Notes under the pieces: model-generated
The model's input: the letters and a program-made list of their open reading frames with translations, nothing else
Told to the model about the DNA's origin: nothing
Database searches by the model: none
Made by a program: the position numbers and the translations under genes
NCBI GenBank assembly: GCA_016748015.1
Contig: JAAOMT010000088.1
Coordinates: forward strand, 398,542-462,541
Reading direction: 5' to 3'
DNA: 64,000 nt
Source: Geosiphon pyriformis uo1
Lineage: Eukaryota; Fungi; Glomeromycota
Shown here: in pieces, positions 13,389 through 25,801 of the stretch
Position numbering within the stretch: the first letter of the stretch is position 1
Layout of the letters: every line of letters starts with the position of its first letter

Positions 13389-13827
13389 ATGTCCAAGAAA
13401 ACTTTTAACCTTTTTCTTATCACTATTTTGCTATTTATCTTAATCGTTATTAACATCTTAACTAAGGTGAAAGCTCTACCAGGGCCCGTTTTTGCGGTAG
13501 AAGGAAAAGGAGCCTCTGCGGGCGAAGGAAAAGGAGGAATATTTGTTTCTGCTGGAGAAGGAAAAAGCAAATCGCCATAACTATATTGAAAATAAGGATA
13601 ATGATGTGACGCCCACTTCATCAGACTCCCGAAAAACCAAAATGAGGAAGAAAATAACTATCTGCTAAAGTCCTGCAGCGGTATTGCCGTTGGTACCCTT
13701 AAATTCGTCGCTTTAGCTGGTGACAACAATGAGTTTGTTGGACAAGATATTGTTAACAGTGTCTTATTGTTCCCAGTGCCTGTTAGACTTGTTCCTATGT
13801 TCCTATGCTGTTTGTATCTTTTGGTAG
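13389..13827 (+). pseudogene. Pseudogenised paralog of the secreted W/C-rich peptide at 28577; still has a 63-aa ORF (signal peptide plus EGKG repeats)
   Basis: N-terminus MSKKTFNLFLITILLFILIVINILTKVKA resembles MTNKTFNLFFVAIFLLALIAVNTLTVVTA. Shifted frame NYIENKDNDVTPTS resembles SYVANTNNDPTPSE. A further frame SW*QQ*VCWTRYC*QCLIVPSAC*TC..SYAVCIFW* resembles SWWQRWFCWTHYHKQCIVTHKTCHHCPKAICVRWW*. Carries frameshifts, stops and an 8-bp tandem duplication (tgttccta x2, 13790-13805). Confidence 0.85.
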
Positions 13828-14614
13828 TGTAGTGGGGCCCTTGGTGGTAGATTCGTGATTAGATAGTTATCCGCTAAAGATTTTAATTTTGGTGTAATAA
13901 TTTATCTAGAGATTTGTAAAATTAGCTTAGAAAATATAGTTAGAATGATATTGAGAATATTAAAAGGGAGAAAATTTGATCTTACTTTTATTATATCAAT
14001 ATTTTGAAGCATAAAAATTTTTAATAAAAAGAAAAAATATCAATAAACTTTGAAATTTTTTTTATTGCTTAACTTTTGGCATTTCAAATAACAAGTTTGA
14101 TTGTTTATTTATTCTTTTTACTTAATTTGGGTTTTAAAAATAAACAATTAGGATTGGATAAAACACAAATTGTTATGCTAAAAATTAGGTTAATATTGGT
14201 TTAAGGTTATTTTAATAAGGTTCCCTTTATGATTAATTAGACCACAGTTTGAAGTAATAATTTTTCCCTAATTTTTGATTTATTGGTTATTGATTGAAAG
14301 ATTTGAACGTTCTCCTTTACAGTAAAAATTATTTTTGTTTTTAGCAATTGTTACACATAAAATACAATTAACTCAATTTCTAAAATAGGATTATAATTTT
14401 AATAAATATTTCTTTAAATAGTAATAAAAGAACAAGACAATAGCTTTTAAACAGCATTGTCGATATTATAATAGTATTAAAAATTTCGATTATAATATTT
14501 CTATTAAACGATTTTTGTAAATTAGGGTTTGATCATTATGAAACATTTCTGATTTTATTAAAACGACTTTTAAAGTTAAAGTAAGGTTATTAAAACTTCA
14601 CAAGAAGCTACACT

Positions 14615-14615
<1 letters not shown>

Positions 14616-14652
<37 letters not shown>

Positions 14653-14657
14653 ATGAT
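14616..14657. repeat. (GAT)n microsatellite
   Basis: Read directly. Confidence 0.9.
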
Positions 14658-15233
14658 AAATAAATTTTTAGGTTAAAATCATTTTCGGCATTTTCTAAAA
14701 TTGGAAAAGGGGTATTGTAATTTCAGATTATTTTTGAGATTAAATCTGTATTGGTTATAAGATGTTTATTTGAGTTGATAGTGGTTATTTAGTTTGCATT
14801 TTTATTTTTATTTTTATTTTGAAAGATAAAAAATTGAATTTTTTGTTTTTAAGGGAAAACTAATCTTAATGATCCACAGAACATTTAAGCAACTATTTTT
14901 GGAAAATCTTTTAATTAGAATAGCCTGCACTCCTGATGTGTGATTATAGAATAATTTAATTTTATCATCGAACGCTGATCCAAAAATATTTAAAGAAACT
15001 GTTGTGTTATTGTTATTGAATGAACTCAAGGATAATAATTTGAAATTTTTTTTAACATATTAGACTAAAATGACGAATCCCTTTTAATTTATGAGAAAGA
15101 TTGGTTAAATTGCGTCAAAAAAATAGTCTATTCAAAATTCGGTATAAAATGCAGCAAAGTATACCTCATTTTTATTCCTCCAAGTGAAATCTATCAAAAC
15201 TCTGAAAAAAACTAAAATCTCTAAAATTCAAAG

Positions 15234-15446
15234 ATGTCTAACCTAGGGTTATATACCGCTTCGGTTAATAGTTCCTTAATTCGTAATGCGGCCGAGCTTC
15301 GTCAAATTATTCCTCTTCAACCACTTAATCGTCAACAAATTATTGCACCAAATGGATTTCTTGAAGGTCAAAACATCGATTTTAGAAGAAAGGAAGAATT
15401 GATTGAATCTACATTTCACTTTTTGTATAGGCCAGCAAATCCTTAA
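15234..15446 (+). other. 70-aa ORF of unknown function, possibly a truncated gene 5' end
   Basis: TATA-like ggtataaaat at ~15141, A-rich leader, aaagATG context and protein-like composition. Runs into a minisatellite about 50 bp after the stop. No family recognised. Confidence 0.3.
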
Positions 15447-15497
15447 AGGAATTCCAGTAAATTCTTGGACAATCGAAAACCTTTTTATCCTCTAAAT

Positions 15498-15738
15498 TTC
15501 TGCTCCTTTTCTGTTCTGTTTTTTTTCTGTTCTGCTCCTTTTCTGTTCTGTTTTTTTTCTGTTCTGCTCGTTTTCTGTTCTGCTCCTTATCTGTTCTGCT
15601 CCTCTTCTGTTCTGCTCCTTTTCTGTTCTGCTCCTTTTCTGTTCTGTTTTTTTTCTGTTCTGCTCCTTTTCTGTTCTGCTCCTCTTCTGTTCTGCTCCTT
15701 TTCTGTTCTGCTCCTTTTCTGTTCTGTTTTTTTTCTGT
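15498..15738. repeat. 16-bp minisatellite (TTCTGCTCCTTTTCTG)n, about 15 copies
   Basis: Tandem units with recurring variants (TTCTGTTTTTTTTCTG; ..CCTCTTCTG). The plus strand is almost devoid of A. Confidence 0.92.
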
Positions 15739-16580
15739 AATAACTATTTAGTTTATCTGTGTTATCATTTACGGTATAAAAGAATTTCTAAACTTTTTGA
15801 TTATACTAAAATAAATCTTACAAGTATTGTGAATCATTTAGAAAATTTTGCTTATTTTCTCGCAGTTGTTTGAACATGATATTTTTAAATTGATACAATA
15901 TTATAACTAATAGTTAATTATATGAACTAAAACCATAAAAGTTGTTTGTATCATTTCGAGTTTTCTCTAATCTATTGTGCATAATCAAATTTATTTTAAG
16001 CCACATAAAGTGGGATAAAAAGATAAAAAATTTTAATATTGTTTTCAAAAAGAAGTAACTAGTATTTTGGTTAACTTTGTATAATGTTTGACTTTTAATA
16101 ATATTAAAGGAATTTGTTATTTCACTTTTCGAACTTTTATTAACATATACGTTTATAGTTAAAATATATTATATATGACAAATTTGTTGTCTCCATCTAT
16201 TGTTTTTAACCTTTTTGGGTTTAAGTGACATCAAATGATTGAGAGATGTACCACACAACATATTATTTTTAACAAGAAATCTAGATATTGTCTCTCATAT
16301 GTAATAACTTGTACACGTTTTACATTTAAATTTATATATATATAACTCATGGTAATACTCAAGCTCTCTCACTCGAAATTTGAAAATAAAGGTTAATTCA
16401 TCTTGAAAATATTTTTTGTTAAAAATGTATTAGAACATTAGCATTCTTTCTAGAAATAAAAGTAATAGTCGTGGAATTTACAATATCGCATCACTGACAT
16501 TGTTTTAACTTATCTTCACCAAAATATTTTATTTCTTAGTGTATCAATATAAAGAAACTAAAGCCTGAAATTTTAAACAA

Positions 16581-16581
16581 A

Positions 16582-16613
<32 letters not shown>

Positions 16614-16615
16614 AA
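16581..16615. repeat. (AAAG)n microsatellite
   Basis: Read directly. Confidence 0.88.
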
Positions 16616-17862
16616 AAAATATTTCTAGAATTAATAGTATCTTACCTATATTAATTTTAACAGAAAATAACTGAATAAAAATTTCAATTAAAACATATAA
16701 ACACTGGTTTCAAGCCTTAAAAAACAAGTCAAAATGTTTAAGATAACCAAAGCAAAACTGTTTGGATGATTAATAAAAATTCGGTTTTTTTAAAAAAGGA
16801 TTATAGACAGCCCTTCTATATGTATGGAGATGAAAAAAAAAATGTCTTTTCTAAATAAAAAGCGTGAATCTGGCAGATTCTGAAAGGCTTTTTATTATAC
16901 ATTACACTAAAACTAATTTTAAATTCTCAAGATATTTTTTATTCAGATGTGAAAAAAATTTACAGAAAAGGAAAATATAGAGTTTATTTTAAGTTAAAAA
17001 AGAATCAGAAGTTATTGGAAAGTGAATAACAGCCAAATAAAAAATAATGAATATATATATATATATATAGAAAATAAATATTCTTTAATAAGATAATCCG
17101 TTACCATTTTTTAAAGATATTTCACCAATAATGAGAGGAATCGATGCAAAGAGTTTTTTTTATATTTACTAAGTCTGAGGAAGAATAAACTAGAACGATT
17201 AATCATTTTTAATTATAAATTCAATTTATTAGCTCAAATTTAATATATTATCCATTGTAATTAAAATATAAATCTACCTTCTTAGGCCTATTAGTGAAGA
17301 AAATTTAAATTAAACCGATATATTAACAAACGAATCACAAGTTTCTTTGATATAATTTAACTAAATGGAGTATTATATTCTAAATTAGGCAGCAATATAA
17401 TTAAGTGCCACGTTTTGCATTTCTCCGGAATTTACCTTAAATAAGCTAAGATGTGGCTATTTCGACGGGAAAAGTTTTTTTTCCTTAATATATCCTTTAT
17501 AAGAGAAAAATTGATTGATTAAAACCATTGACTGATTGGAGGCAATGGTACAATAATCTCGTCCCTTTATTGAATATTAGTGACGATCTAATAACCCTAA
17601 TTAGAATTTTATCTTAGAATCAAGTAATCCTTGCTTAAAAGCTATTCTCAAAGACAAGGAATAAAGATTAGTGAAAATAGTTTGTTGGCATAAGGACACA
17701 TAATTAAAACAGTGAAAATGATAAAATTCGTGTTAAAATTGATTTTCAAACAAGTCTCAACTATTAAATAGAATTTTTAGTGTAAATGCTAAAATTTTGC
17801 ACTTGCAAAATCAGCTATGGTATTCCACATAGTTTTGAGATAATTTTTTTTCAATAAAACTA

Positions 17863-19915
17863 CAGTCAGACCTCTATAAAAGAACACAGTTGGGACATGC
17901 AAATTATGTTCCATTCTAGAGGTGTTCTATTATAGAGTTTTATAATTATTATCAAATAAACTATATTTATTTATTAAATCAATCAATTATTATTATTATT
18001 ATTAAAATATTGATTAATTGTTACCAATTTTCCTTCATTTTTTCGTATTCATATAATTTTTTTCAAAGTAAAATTTGTTTTTCTATACTAAAATTTTCTT
18101 CTGCTAATTGCTCTTCAAATCTAATTACCTTTTTTAATTCTTCATATGCTTCTGTAATTGTAATTATAGCAGATGAAGATTCTTCTAATTCTTCTTCCGA
18201 GTCATTAATTGTATTGGTTTCAATTTGAGCATCGGCTAAAACCATATCTACAATTTCATTATCATCAAGAATATTTTCAGTTGCCAATAATTCATCAACT
18301 GCTACAGTATAATCTTCGAGATTTTTGACCAATTTTTGTGTATTTGATGGTAAATTGTTGAATATATCCATAGCAATTGATGTTTCGGATTCTTGAATTT
18401 CTAATTCTTGATTATAGAAAAGAATCTTCGTTTTTTGCCAACAGTTTTGAATTGTAACAGGTGTTACTTGAAACCATGATTGAACAACATAATCAATTGC
18501 TTGTTTTATGTTTAATTTATTTCTAAAAAATAAATTAATATTAGATAAAATTATATAATATATAACGATAATAATACTGTATATATTATATTACTTAACT
18601 GTTCAATATTAATTTTTTGTTCAAATTGATGTAAAATATGTTGACAATATAAGTGCTTATATTTGCCTTTGAAAGATTTGATAATGTCAGAATCCATTGG
18701 TTGAAGATGTGATGTAGTATTTGGATGAAAATAGTGCAAAGTAATATTGGTCAATTGGAATGAATCTTTCCCGATTTGAGTATGATGAGAAGTTGCATTA
18801 TCAACCAAAAGTAATATATGCCGATTTTGAATTCGAAAGCCTTCATTTATATATTTGAGCCATGCTTTCCATATATCTGAGCGCATCTATGCTTTGGAAT
18901 TGAATTTGTAAATCACAGGTAGGTTGGAAGTATTAATTCCTTTAAAGCATCTTGGATTTTTTGCATGTCCAATTACTAAAGGTTGCAATTTGTGAGATCC
19001 AGTTGAATTTGTAGCAAGAAAAATTGTAATCCAAGATTTATCGTATAAAAAACCCAATTAATTTAACATAACAATAATATATAATGTTAACAATTGGTAA
19101 ATATAATATACCAATTTTTTTCTTGCATTTCAACATTTTGCAAGTGTTTGATTTGGTCCCATACAAAAAAATAATTCTGTTTCATCAGTATTATATATGT
19201 CAGCAGGATCAAATTCGGATATAATGGTTTTTAATTTTTTTCATTCTTCTAGTAAACTTTCAGTTGATACACTTCCTGTCTTACCATAAAATCCGGTAAA
19301 CACGTAACTGGTTTCGTTTTTTGAATTTTTGAACCCATCCATTTGAGAATTCCATTTCATTTTTGTGCATACCAAGAAGTTTGGCAAATTCTTTTTCTTT
19401 CTCTTTAATTAGTTGATTATTGAATTCAATAGTGGCTGCAGTTACTTTTTCTACCCAATAACTTAAAGCTTGGTCTAATAATGGAAATTTAATGCTTTTT
19501 TGTCGAATAGATCTTTCTGAGATTTCATCAATTTCAATATTCAATCACTTTGCATGCTCTTTGATTATCTTGGACAGTTCGACGAGAAATATATAAAGTT
19601 CTAGATATTTATGATTGAAGTAAGCTACAATATCATCATGTTTCATGCCATAGTAAGACAAAAATATTTATTATTATAAAAAAAAGTATAAAAAAAAGTA
19701 TTAAAACACTTAATAAAAATATCTATTGCAATTTTTTTTTTAATTTGGATCATTTTCAAGTTTTGTTAATTAGATTCTTAGATTTATTATAAGAAAATCG
19801 AAAGGATCGGATTAATTAATCTTTTTCTCTCAAATCATTCAGAGTTATTTTTATCATTGTTGTATGTATTCAGAATTATTTTTATCATTGTTGTATGCAT
19901 TCAGAGTTATTTTTT
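17863..19915 (-). mobile_element. Degenerate pogo/Tigger-type (CENP-B HTH + DDE_1) DNA transposon
   Basis: Minus-strand fragments KFPLLDQALSYW..FSNGWVQKFKKR (CENP-B HTH), DIYNTDET, LLLVDNATSH and HLQPMDSDII (catalytic aspartates), with stops, frameshifts and apparent introns. Terminus TA|CAGTCAGACCTCTATAAAAGAACAC at 17861-17887 has an internal inverted copy at 17922-17937 (15/16 match). The opposite TIR was not found. Confidence 0.9.
19837..19914. repeat. 31-bp tandem repeat, about 2.5 copies, upstream of the pogo transposase
   Basis: attcagagttatttttatcattgttgtatgt / attcagaattatttttatcattgttgtatgc / attcagagttattttt. Confidence 0.85.
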
Positions 19916-20217
19916 ATAATTTTTGTACGTACAATAAATGCGCTTTAAAAATCAATTTAAAATTTAGCCAAGATGAAATTGATTATAAAACAATTAATGT
20001 ATTCTAAAATTCTAACTTAATTCGACTTTTACACTAAAATTTACTTCAATTATCTTCAATACTTGAAACATTATGAATATGTTTCTAAAAACTTGGCTAA
20101 CAACAATAATAATCAAAATAGAATTGATTCAAAAGAAATAACAGCAAAATAATTTTAAAAAAATAATAAATAAAATTGCAAAATTTTTAAATGCTTAAAC
20201 ATAATTTCAACAAATAC

Positions 20218-20218
20218 C

Positions 20219-20297
<79 letters not shown>

Positions 20298-20304
20298 AAT
20301 AATA

Positions 20305-20355
<51 letters not shown>
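20218..20355. repeat. Compound microsatellite (ACA)n(ATA)n
   Basis: Read directly; explains the spurious poly-T/I and poly-C/Y ORFs. Confidence 0.95.
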
Positions 20356-20356
<1 letters not shown>

Positions 20357-20609
20357 GAAAATTTTATTTTTAGTGTAATTAAAACCACTTTTTTATACAT
20401 TTTTATACATGAAAATAATTCAAATTTTTTAAAAATTTATTTTAATCAATTAATTAACATAATTTTAAAGTAAGCCAAATATTTTAGATTTTAAAGACTA
20501 TCAATTTTGATGAATTAAACCTTACCCTAAAAATTTAGAAAAACGTGACCTCCTTTTTATCTTCAAAAAAAATTGCCTAAAACAGTGTTCAAGATCTCTG
20601 AATATTATT

Positions 20610-21920
20610 TTATTCACAAATAATTGTTGAACTTTGTTTCTCGTCATCATTTTTAACGTTTTTTCTTGTATCAAATTTTTCTTCCAACATGTGATATCCA
20701 GCGCATCGATAATATACCTTGGCCATAATAAAGGTCAGAATAAATAGTCCAATAATCAGATATCCAATTATTCCAAAATGTTCTCCCAAGGCACCGAAAA
20801 ATTCCCAAAATTTTCCCTTCAATTCAAACTTTTCACCAATAATAGCCAATAATTCGATGGTTCCCACAATAAATGCCACGAGAATCGAAAGTAGGGTCAC
20901 TACAAGGTTATAATACACTTTGCGTATAGGATTTACATACGCCCATGTATAAGTACCTAACATTAAAATTCCATCGAGGGTATCAATTAATGCCATTCCA
21001 GCCGTAAAGAGCAATGGAAAGAAAAAAATTTTCCAAATTTCAAGTCCAGAATTAGCTTGAACGGCAGTGATTCCCAATAATCCAATTTCCGTACTAGTTT
21101 CTAAGCCAAACCCAAACACAATTCCTAGTGGAAACATTTTCCAGCTTGAATCTACGAAACGATATAAGGGGCCAAAAAATCTAGCCATTAAACCACCTTT
21201 GCTTAAAATATCATCAATATTTTCTTCTTGGTACACTCCGCTACGTTTTAGTTGTCGGAATGAACGGTAGATTGTGACAAAAACAATTGTGTTCAATATT
21301 GCGATAATGTATAAGAATGCGGCGGAGACTGAAGTCCCTATAATTCCACCAATTGCTTCAAAATCCCCAAATTTATCTTGAATAGCTGTTGCCGTAATAG
21401 CAATTACTGTTGTTACAATAATAACGATGGTTGAATGACCCAATGAGAAAAAGAGGCCCACGGTGGCTGAGTGTACATTTGATTGAAGTAACTTTCGAGT
21501 CACATTGTCAATCGCGGCCAAGTGATCTGCATCAACTGCGTGACGCAGCCCAAGTGTGTATGCTAGTGAGCCAGTAGCCATTAAAATCGGGGAATCATGA
21601 AAGGAAAATATGGCTCCAATCCAGACTGCGACATTTGTCAGAATTAATAAACCAATTATGATAAATATTTTGCGAGCTAAAGCAGAAGGTGTTTTCCAAC
21701 GATCTTGAAATTTTCTCACTAGTTGAAATCGAGGTTTTGATTCGACATGGTCTGTCAATTTTTGATTTTCAATGTCCATGGGCAAATTTGCCTCTATTTT
21801 CATTGTCAACTCATTATTCATGCCAAGATCTTTTTCCATTATATAATTTGAGGTTTCGTCCCCACTGGCAAAAGGTTCATATGAAGAAAATTTTATGATT
21901 GATTCATCATTAATCGTCAT
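20610..21920 (-). CDS. nic1: High-affinity nickel/cobalt permease, NiCoT (HoxN/NixA/Nic1) family; intronless
   Basis: Single ORF with the signature GLRHAVDADHLAAIDNVTRKL, FFSLGHSTIV, LFTAGMALIDTLDG and YYNL, and about 8 hydrophobic segments. First ATG is at 21920; the ORF track starts upstream at a non-ATG codon (21977). Confidence 0.95.
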   Translation of the reverse strand: MTINDESIIKFSSYEPFASGDETSNYIMEKDLGMNNELTMKIEANLPMDIENQKLTDHVESKPRFQLVRKFQDRWKTPSALARKIFIIIGLLILTNVAVWIGAIFSFHDSPILMATGSLAYTLGLRHAVDADHLAAIDNVTRKLLQSNVHSATVGLFFSLGHSTIVIIVTTVIAITATAIQDKFGDFEAIGGIIGTSVSAAFLYIIAILNTIVFVTIYRSFRQLKRSGVYQEENIDDILSKGGLMARFFGPLYRFVDSSWKMFPLGIVFGFGLETSTEIGLLGITAVQANSGLEIWKIFFFPLLFTAGMALIDTLDGILMLGTYTWAYVNPIRKVYYNLVVTLLSILVAFIVGTIELLAIIGEKFELKGKFWEFFGALGEHFGIIGYLIIGLFILTFIMAKVYYRCAGYHMLEEKFDTRKNVKNDDEKQSSTIICE

Positions 21921-23799
21921 GTTTTTAAAATTTTGACCCTTGAAACTTTTTTCAAAAGTTATAAAAGAAAAATTCACAACTCATTCATTAAATAGGCATT
22001 TAAAAAAAAAGTGAGTTTGTTACAAGTTTCGATTGATGAAATTAAAAGCGCAAACATGGTGCATTCTTTAGGGAATTTTCTTATTAGTACAACCCTATGC
22101 AAATCAAGTTGCCTTGCTAAAATGGAGTAACCTATAAAATAACCCTTAAACATTGATTTGCATATGTATCATTTGTATCCCTGTTCTTTTGATGAGATAT
22201 TCCTCAAATGACTTGGGATCTTTTAATCAGTGTTTTTTTTCGATCCAACTCAATTCCTACCAAACTATAAAGTTAAAAATAAAATTAATCCTTTCATTAT
22301 ACGCGGTTAGATTGGAGGTCAAAGGGGCCTTTGTGTCTCTCTGATTGATGACAGAAAATTTTATTAATTAAAAAAGCCCAAATGGCAAAGGTTATTGTAA
22401 CTTTTTTCATTTTGACGATTGTTAATCTTTACTTTTTTTTCCATTTCGAATTAATTTAGAATTATACTCTGTGTGATTTGAGTAAATTCAAACATTTTTT
22501 ATGTTGAATCAGCATCCTTAATATTATTATTATTTTAAGGTTAATTAACGTGCCATGTGCTTACTTAAGGAAAATTAGAAATACAAAATGAGACACTTGG
22601 GGTATCTTATAAAATTCCTGATATATTAAAACAGGAAATGATTCGTCTAGATTTTTACACAGATAAAACAGTACAAATACAATTAAAATTTTAATTCATT
22701 TCACCAAAAAACATTAATATGAAAACAAAGTGTTACAAATTTGAGCTTTGGGCATAAATATTTTTTTATAAAATCAAATGGGGGATACAACTGTGACTTT
22801 TTTGAGAAGAGAAACTTTAAATTTTTTTCCAATTTTAACGTATTTATTTTACAGAAAAATTTTAGCGCAAAAACTTTTCCAATTAGTGTTACATAAAGGA
22901 TTTTAAAGTTTCTGCCGTGGGTATGAAATTTTTTTTGGTTAAATTGAAAAAAAAAAAAAAAAAGATTTTTCTTGGTTCCCACATTTAAGATAGCCGTGCA
23001 AATAATTGTGTGTAAAAAAATTTCTTATTCATTTTAACCAACTTTGGAGCTATAATATTTGAGATTGATATAGTCAAGAGACTAGAATTTTCAAAATGTT
23101 TTAAAAAGGTTACTTCTTTTGATATAGATAGATAATATATATATAAATATATTAAAGATGTGAGATGAAAAGATTTCTAAATCGGCGAACCTATTCCTTT
23201 TCACTACTCTTGTTATACCAACAAACTATTTACCGATTAGCTTTTCTAAAAACGTAGTTTGTGCCTATTCCGATAATCTATTTACATTCCCAAGAAAGGA
23301 ATACTTAAAAGGTAAATTCTAAATCGGGGTATTAGATCATCAGAATTATTCAAAAAGGGACGAGATCCCGTGCGATTGGTCCCTATCAGTTAACGCTTTT
23401 GTCTCCTTTAATTTTCCTAAAAGCTTTTACCCAATCTAAAATTCCTTTTATATAAATTATTTTTTTCACCTATATATAGAATAAAGGTAATTTTCTAATA
23501 ATAAATTTCCATGATTTGAATGTACTTGATAAAAGTTTAAAAGAATTCAGTTTAAAAAATTGAAATTCAATTACAAAACCTTTTTAAGTACCAATCTTAC
23601 CTTCGATTAATTTACTATTATATCAAAAATTAACAAAATTTTAATTTATCTTTTTGGACATTTGAAATATAAAGTATGACAAAGTTACCATATATATAAA
23701 ACTATTTCCCAAAAAGATCCAAATCAAAGCCCATGTGATAGATTTCCAAAGTGGAATTAATTTACAGCTTTTTATATAATTCACATTAGAAATGAATCT

Positions 23800-23802
<3 letters not shown>

Positions 23803-23836
<34 letters not shown>
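23803..23836. repeat. (AG)n microsatellite
   Basis: Read directly. Confidence 0.9.
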
Positions 23837-23840
<4 letters not shown>

Positions 23841-25630
23841 CATTTCATATTGTACAATTAGCAAATATTTAAAATAGTTTGGATATATAAAAAACCTATT
23901 AATTACTATGCCAATTCTGACGAAAGTTTAAAAACAGAATGGGCCAAATTTCATCTTAATGATAACTGAAAAAATTTTTTTTTGATGAAACACAATTAAA
24001 CATTCTTACAAGGGAAAAACTGCCAGAACAAAAGATCTTTTGAAAATATACTCAAAGTTATTGACTGGCCGTTGTGTAATCCAGATCTAAATATTATTGG
24101 TTAAAGAATGTAATTCTTTTGCAGAAAACTGTGTTAATTAATTTAGTAAATTCAATTTTATTCAGTGGGAATTGTGGTCAATTTGAAAAGTTAATTTTTT
24201 TTGTCACACACACTTTATCATCCGAAATTTAATATGAGTTTATGAAATTGCTTTATTATCTTTAAGAAGTTAAGAATATTTTACAGAATTAAGGTATAGC
24301 TTATCATTTTTTGAAATTGAAATTTCTTTTAACGAGCTTCTAATTGTAAACAAATTATTCGTGCAATCGTCGAACGAAAGCTACTGCTGCTTTTTTCATT
24401 TGAATTTGTGACTTTCTACAGATATGATCGATCCTGATTGACTGACTGACTTGTATTAAGGATTTCAAATATATTATATAATATGTGAAAATCCTAGCAG
24501 TGTGTTACATCTAAACCTTCATCACAAATCAAAAATGTTCGTTTTTTAAACTCCTATAATATTATGTGATCGATTTCTTGTTCGATAGTTTCTTGTTAAC
24601 TTTATGTATCAAAGATTTAAATTAAAATATTTAAGATTTAGGTTTATTAATCATCAAAGACATTATTGATTTGGAAAACTGCATAGATGAAAATTTTTAT
24701 AATCAATGATTAATCGATTTGATTAAGAAGAGTTAAGCTTGTTCTTTGATGAGTATAGAGACTGGAAAATAGAAAATTATTTTATTTTTACAAGCTATTC
24801 TTGGGTAAAGATCTACTTTTAATTTTTAACCCTTGTTTCAAAAATAAAAAAGCAAATGAAATTGGGTGAATCCAAGAAAAGCCCTTAATAAATTACCAAC
24901 GATATCTTTCTTTTGTACCATTTCTCCAATATTATTAGTATATTCAGTCATAAATATCAGAAATAAAGTTATTTTATTTGTCTTTTATTTTATTTTGCTT
25001 TTGTAATTTGGGTAACTCAATAATGCTTGGTTTTTTTTTTCAAAGAATTTTTTTTTCATAGTAAGTTTTGTATGTAACTTTTAAAAATAAATTATAGGAT
25101 TGAATTCTTATTAATTTATCCATACTTTTAAATATCAAAACATTTACATTCTGAAAAGCCTATTTTTAGTTTTTATAATATTTCATCATAATTTAATATA
25201 TATAAAGAGATAAATACATAGAAAAAACCAATATAAAGAGAAATTGAAGAAGAAAATATTTGAATGTTCAGATTTCCATCGTTTTCTTTTGAAATCACAG
25301 ATTTTTTTTTCAGTCTTTTAAATATTTGCAGTTAGCTTGGATAAGAAACTAAGCTTCGATTCTAAAAAATAAAAAAATTACATTCAACCAATTTGTAACA
25401 AAGATGATAAATCTTCGCAAGAGGTAAAGAAATTTCATTTGAACAAACAAAATTTTTATTAATCTAATTTATCTTCAAAATCATTCACTGATTAATGATT
25501 TGAAAATTTTTAAGTGATGAAAGTTGGTTATTGATAATATATTCCAAATAAAAAGCAATCAAAATTCATGTATTAAACGTTATTAAATCTTCAAAATCAT
25601 TTTTTATTACAATTAAAATTATTCAAAAAA

Positions 25631-25801
25631 ATGGACTCATTGAGTTACATTTTCATCGCCTCTTTAGCGATCTTTGCAATCATACTTATTACCGCTGCTT
25701 ACATTTCTTTACAACATAAAAGACTTAAACGTGTTATTCAAGAAAATAAAAGAGATGGTATGAGTTATCAACAAAAGAAAGAAAGAAGAAAAAGAATTTG
25801 A
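25631..25801 (+). CDS. Candidate single-pass membrane microprotein (56 aa, below the ORF-track cutoff)
   Basis: aaaaaaATGG context. MDSLSYIFIASLAIFAIILITAAYISLQHKRLKRVIQENKRD... has a ~22-residue hydrophobic helix followed by a basic cluster. Possible GTATGA donor at 25758. Confidence 0.45.
   Translation: MDSLSYIFIASLAIFAIILITAAYISLQHKRLKRVIQENKRDGMSYQQKKERRKRI

Noticed and set aside
13715-13790. In-frame TGA codons at Trp positions, suggesting TGA recoding (Trp or Sec)
   Set aside because: The same frame also has TAA and TAG stops plus frameshifts, and other genes here end in TGA. Ordinary G>A pseudogenisation explains it.
15498-15738. CRISPR-like array
   Set aside because: Units are directly tandem with no unique spacers, in a eukaryotic context with no cas genes.
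15465-15740. 91-aa F/C/S/L-rich ORF
   Set aside because: Translation of the 16-bp minisatellite with a non-ATG start.
20155-20400. Poly-Tyr/poly-Cys ORF next to the nickel transporter (metallothionein-like)
   Set aside because: Artefact of the (ACA)n(ATA)n microsatellite.
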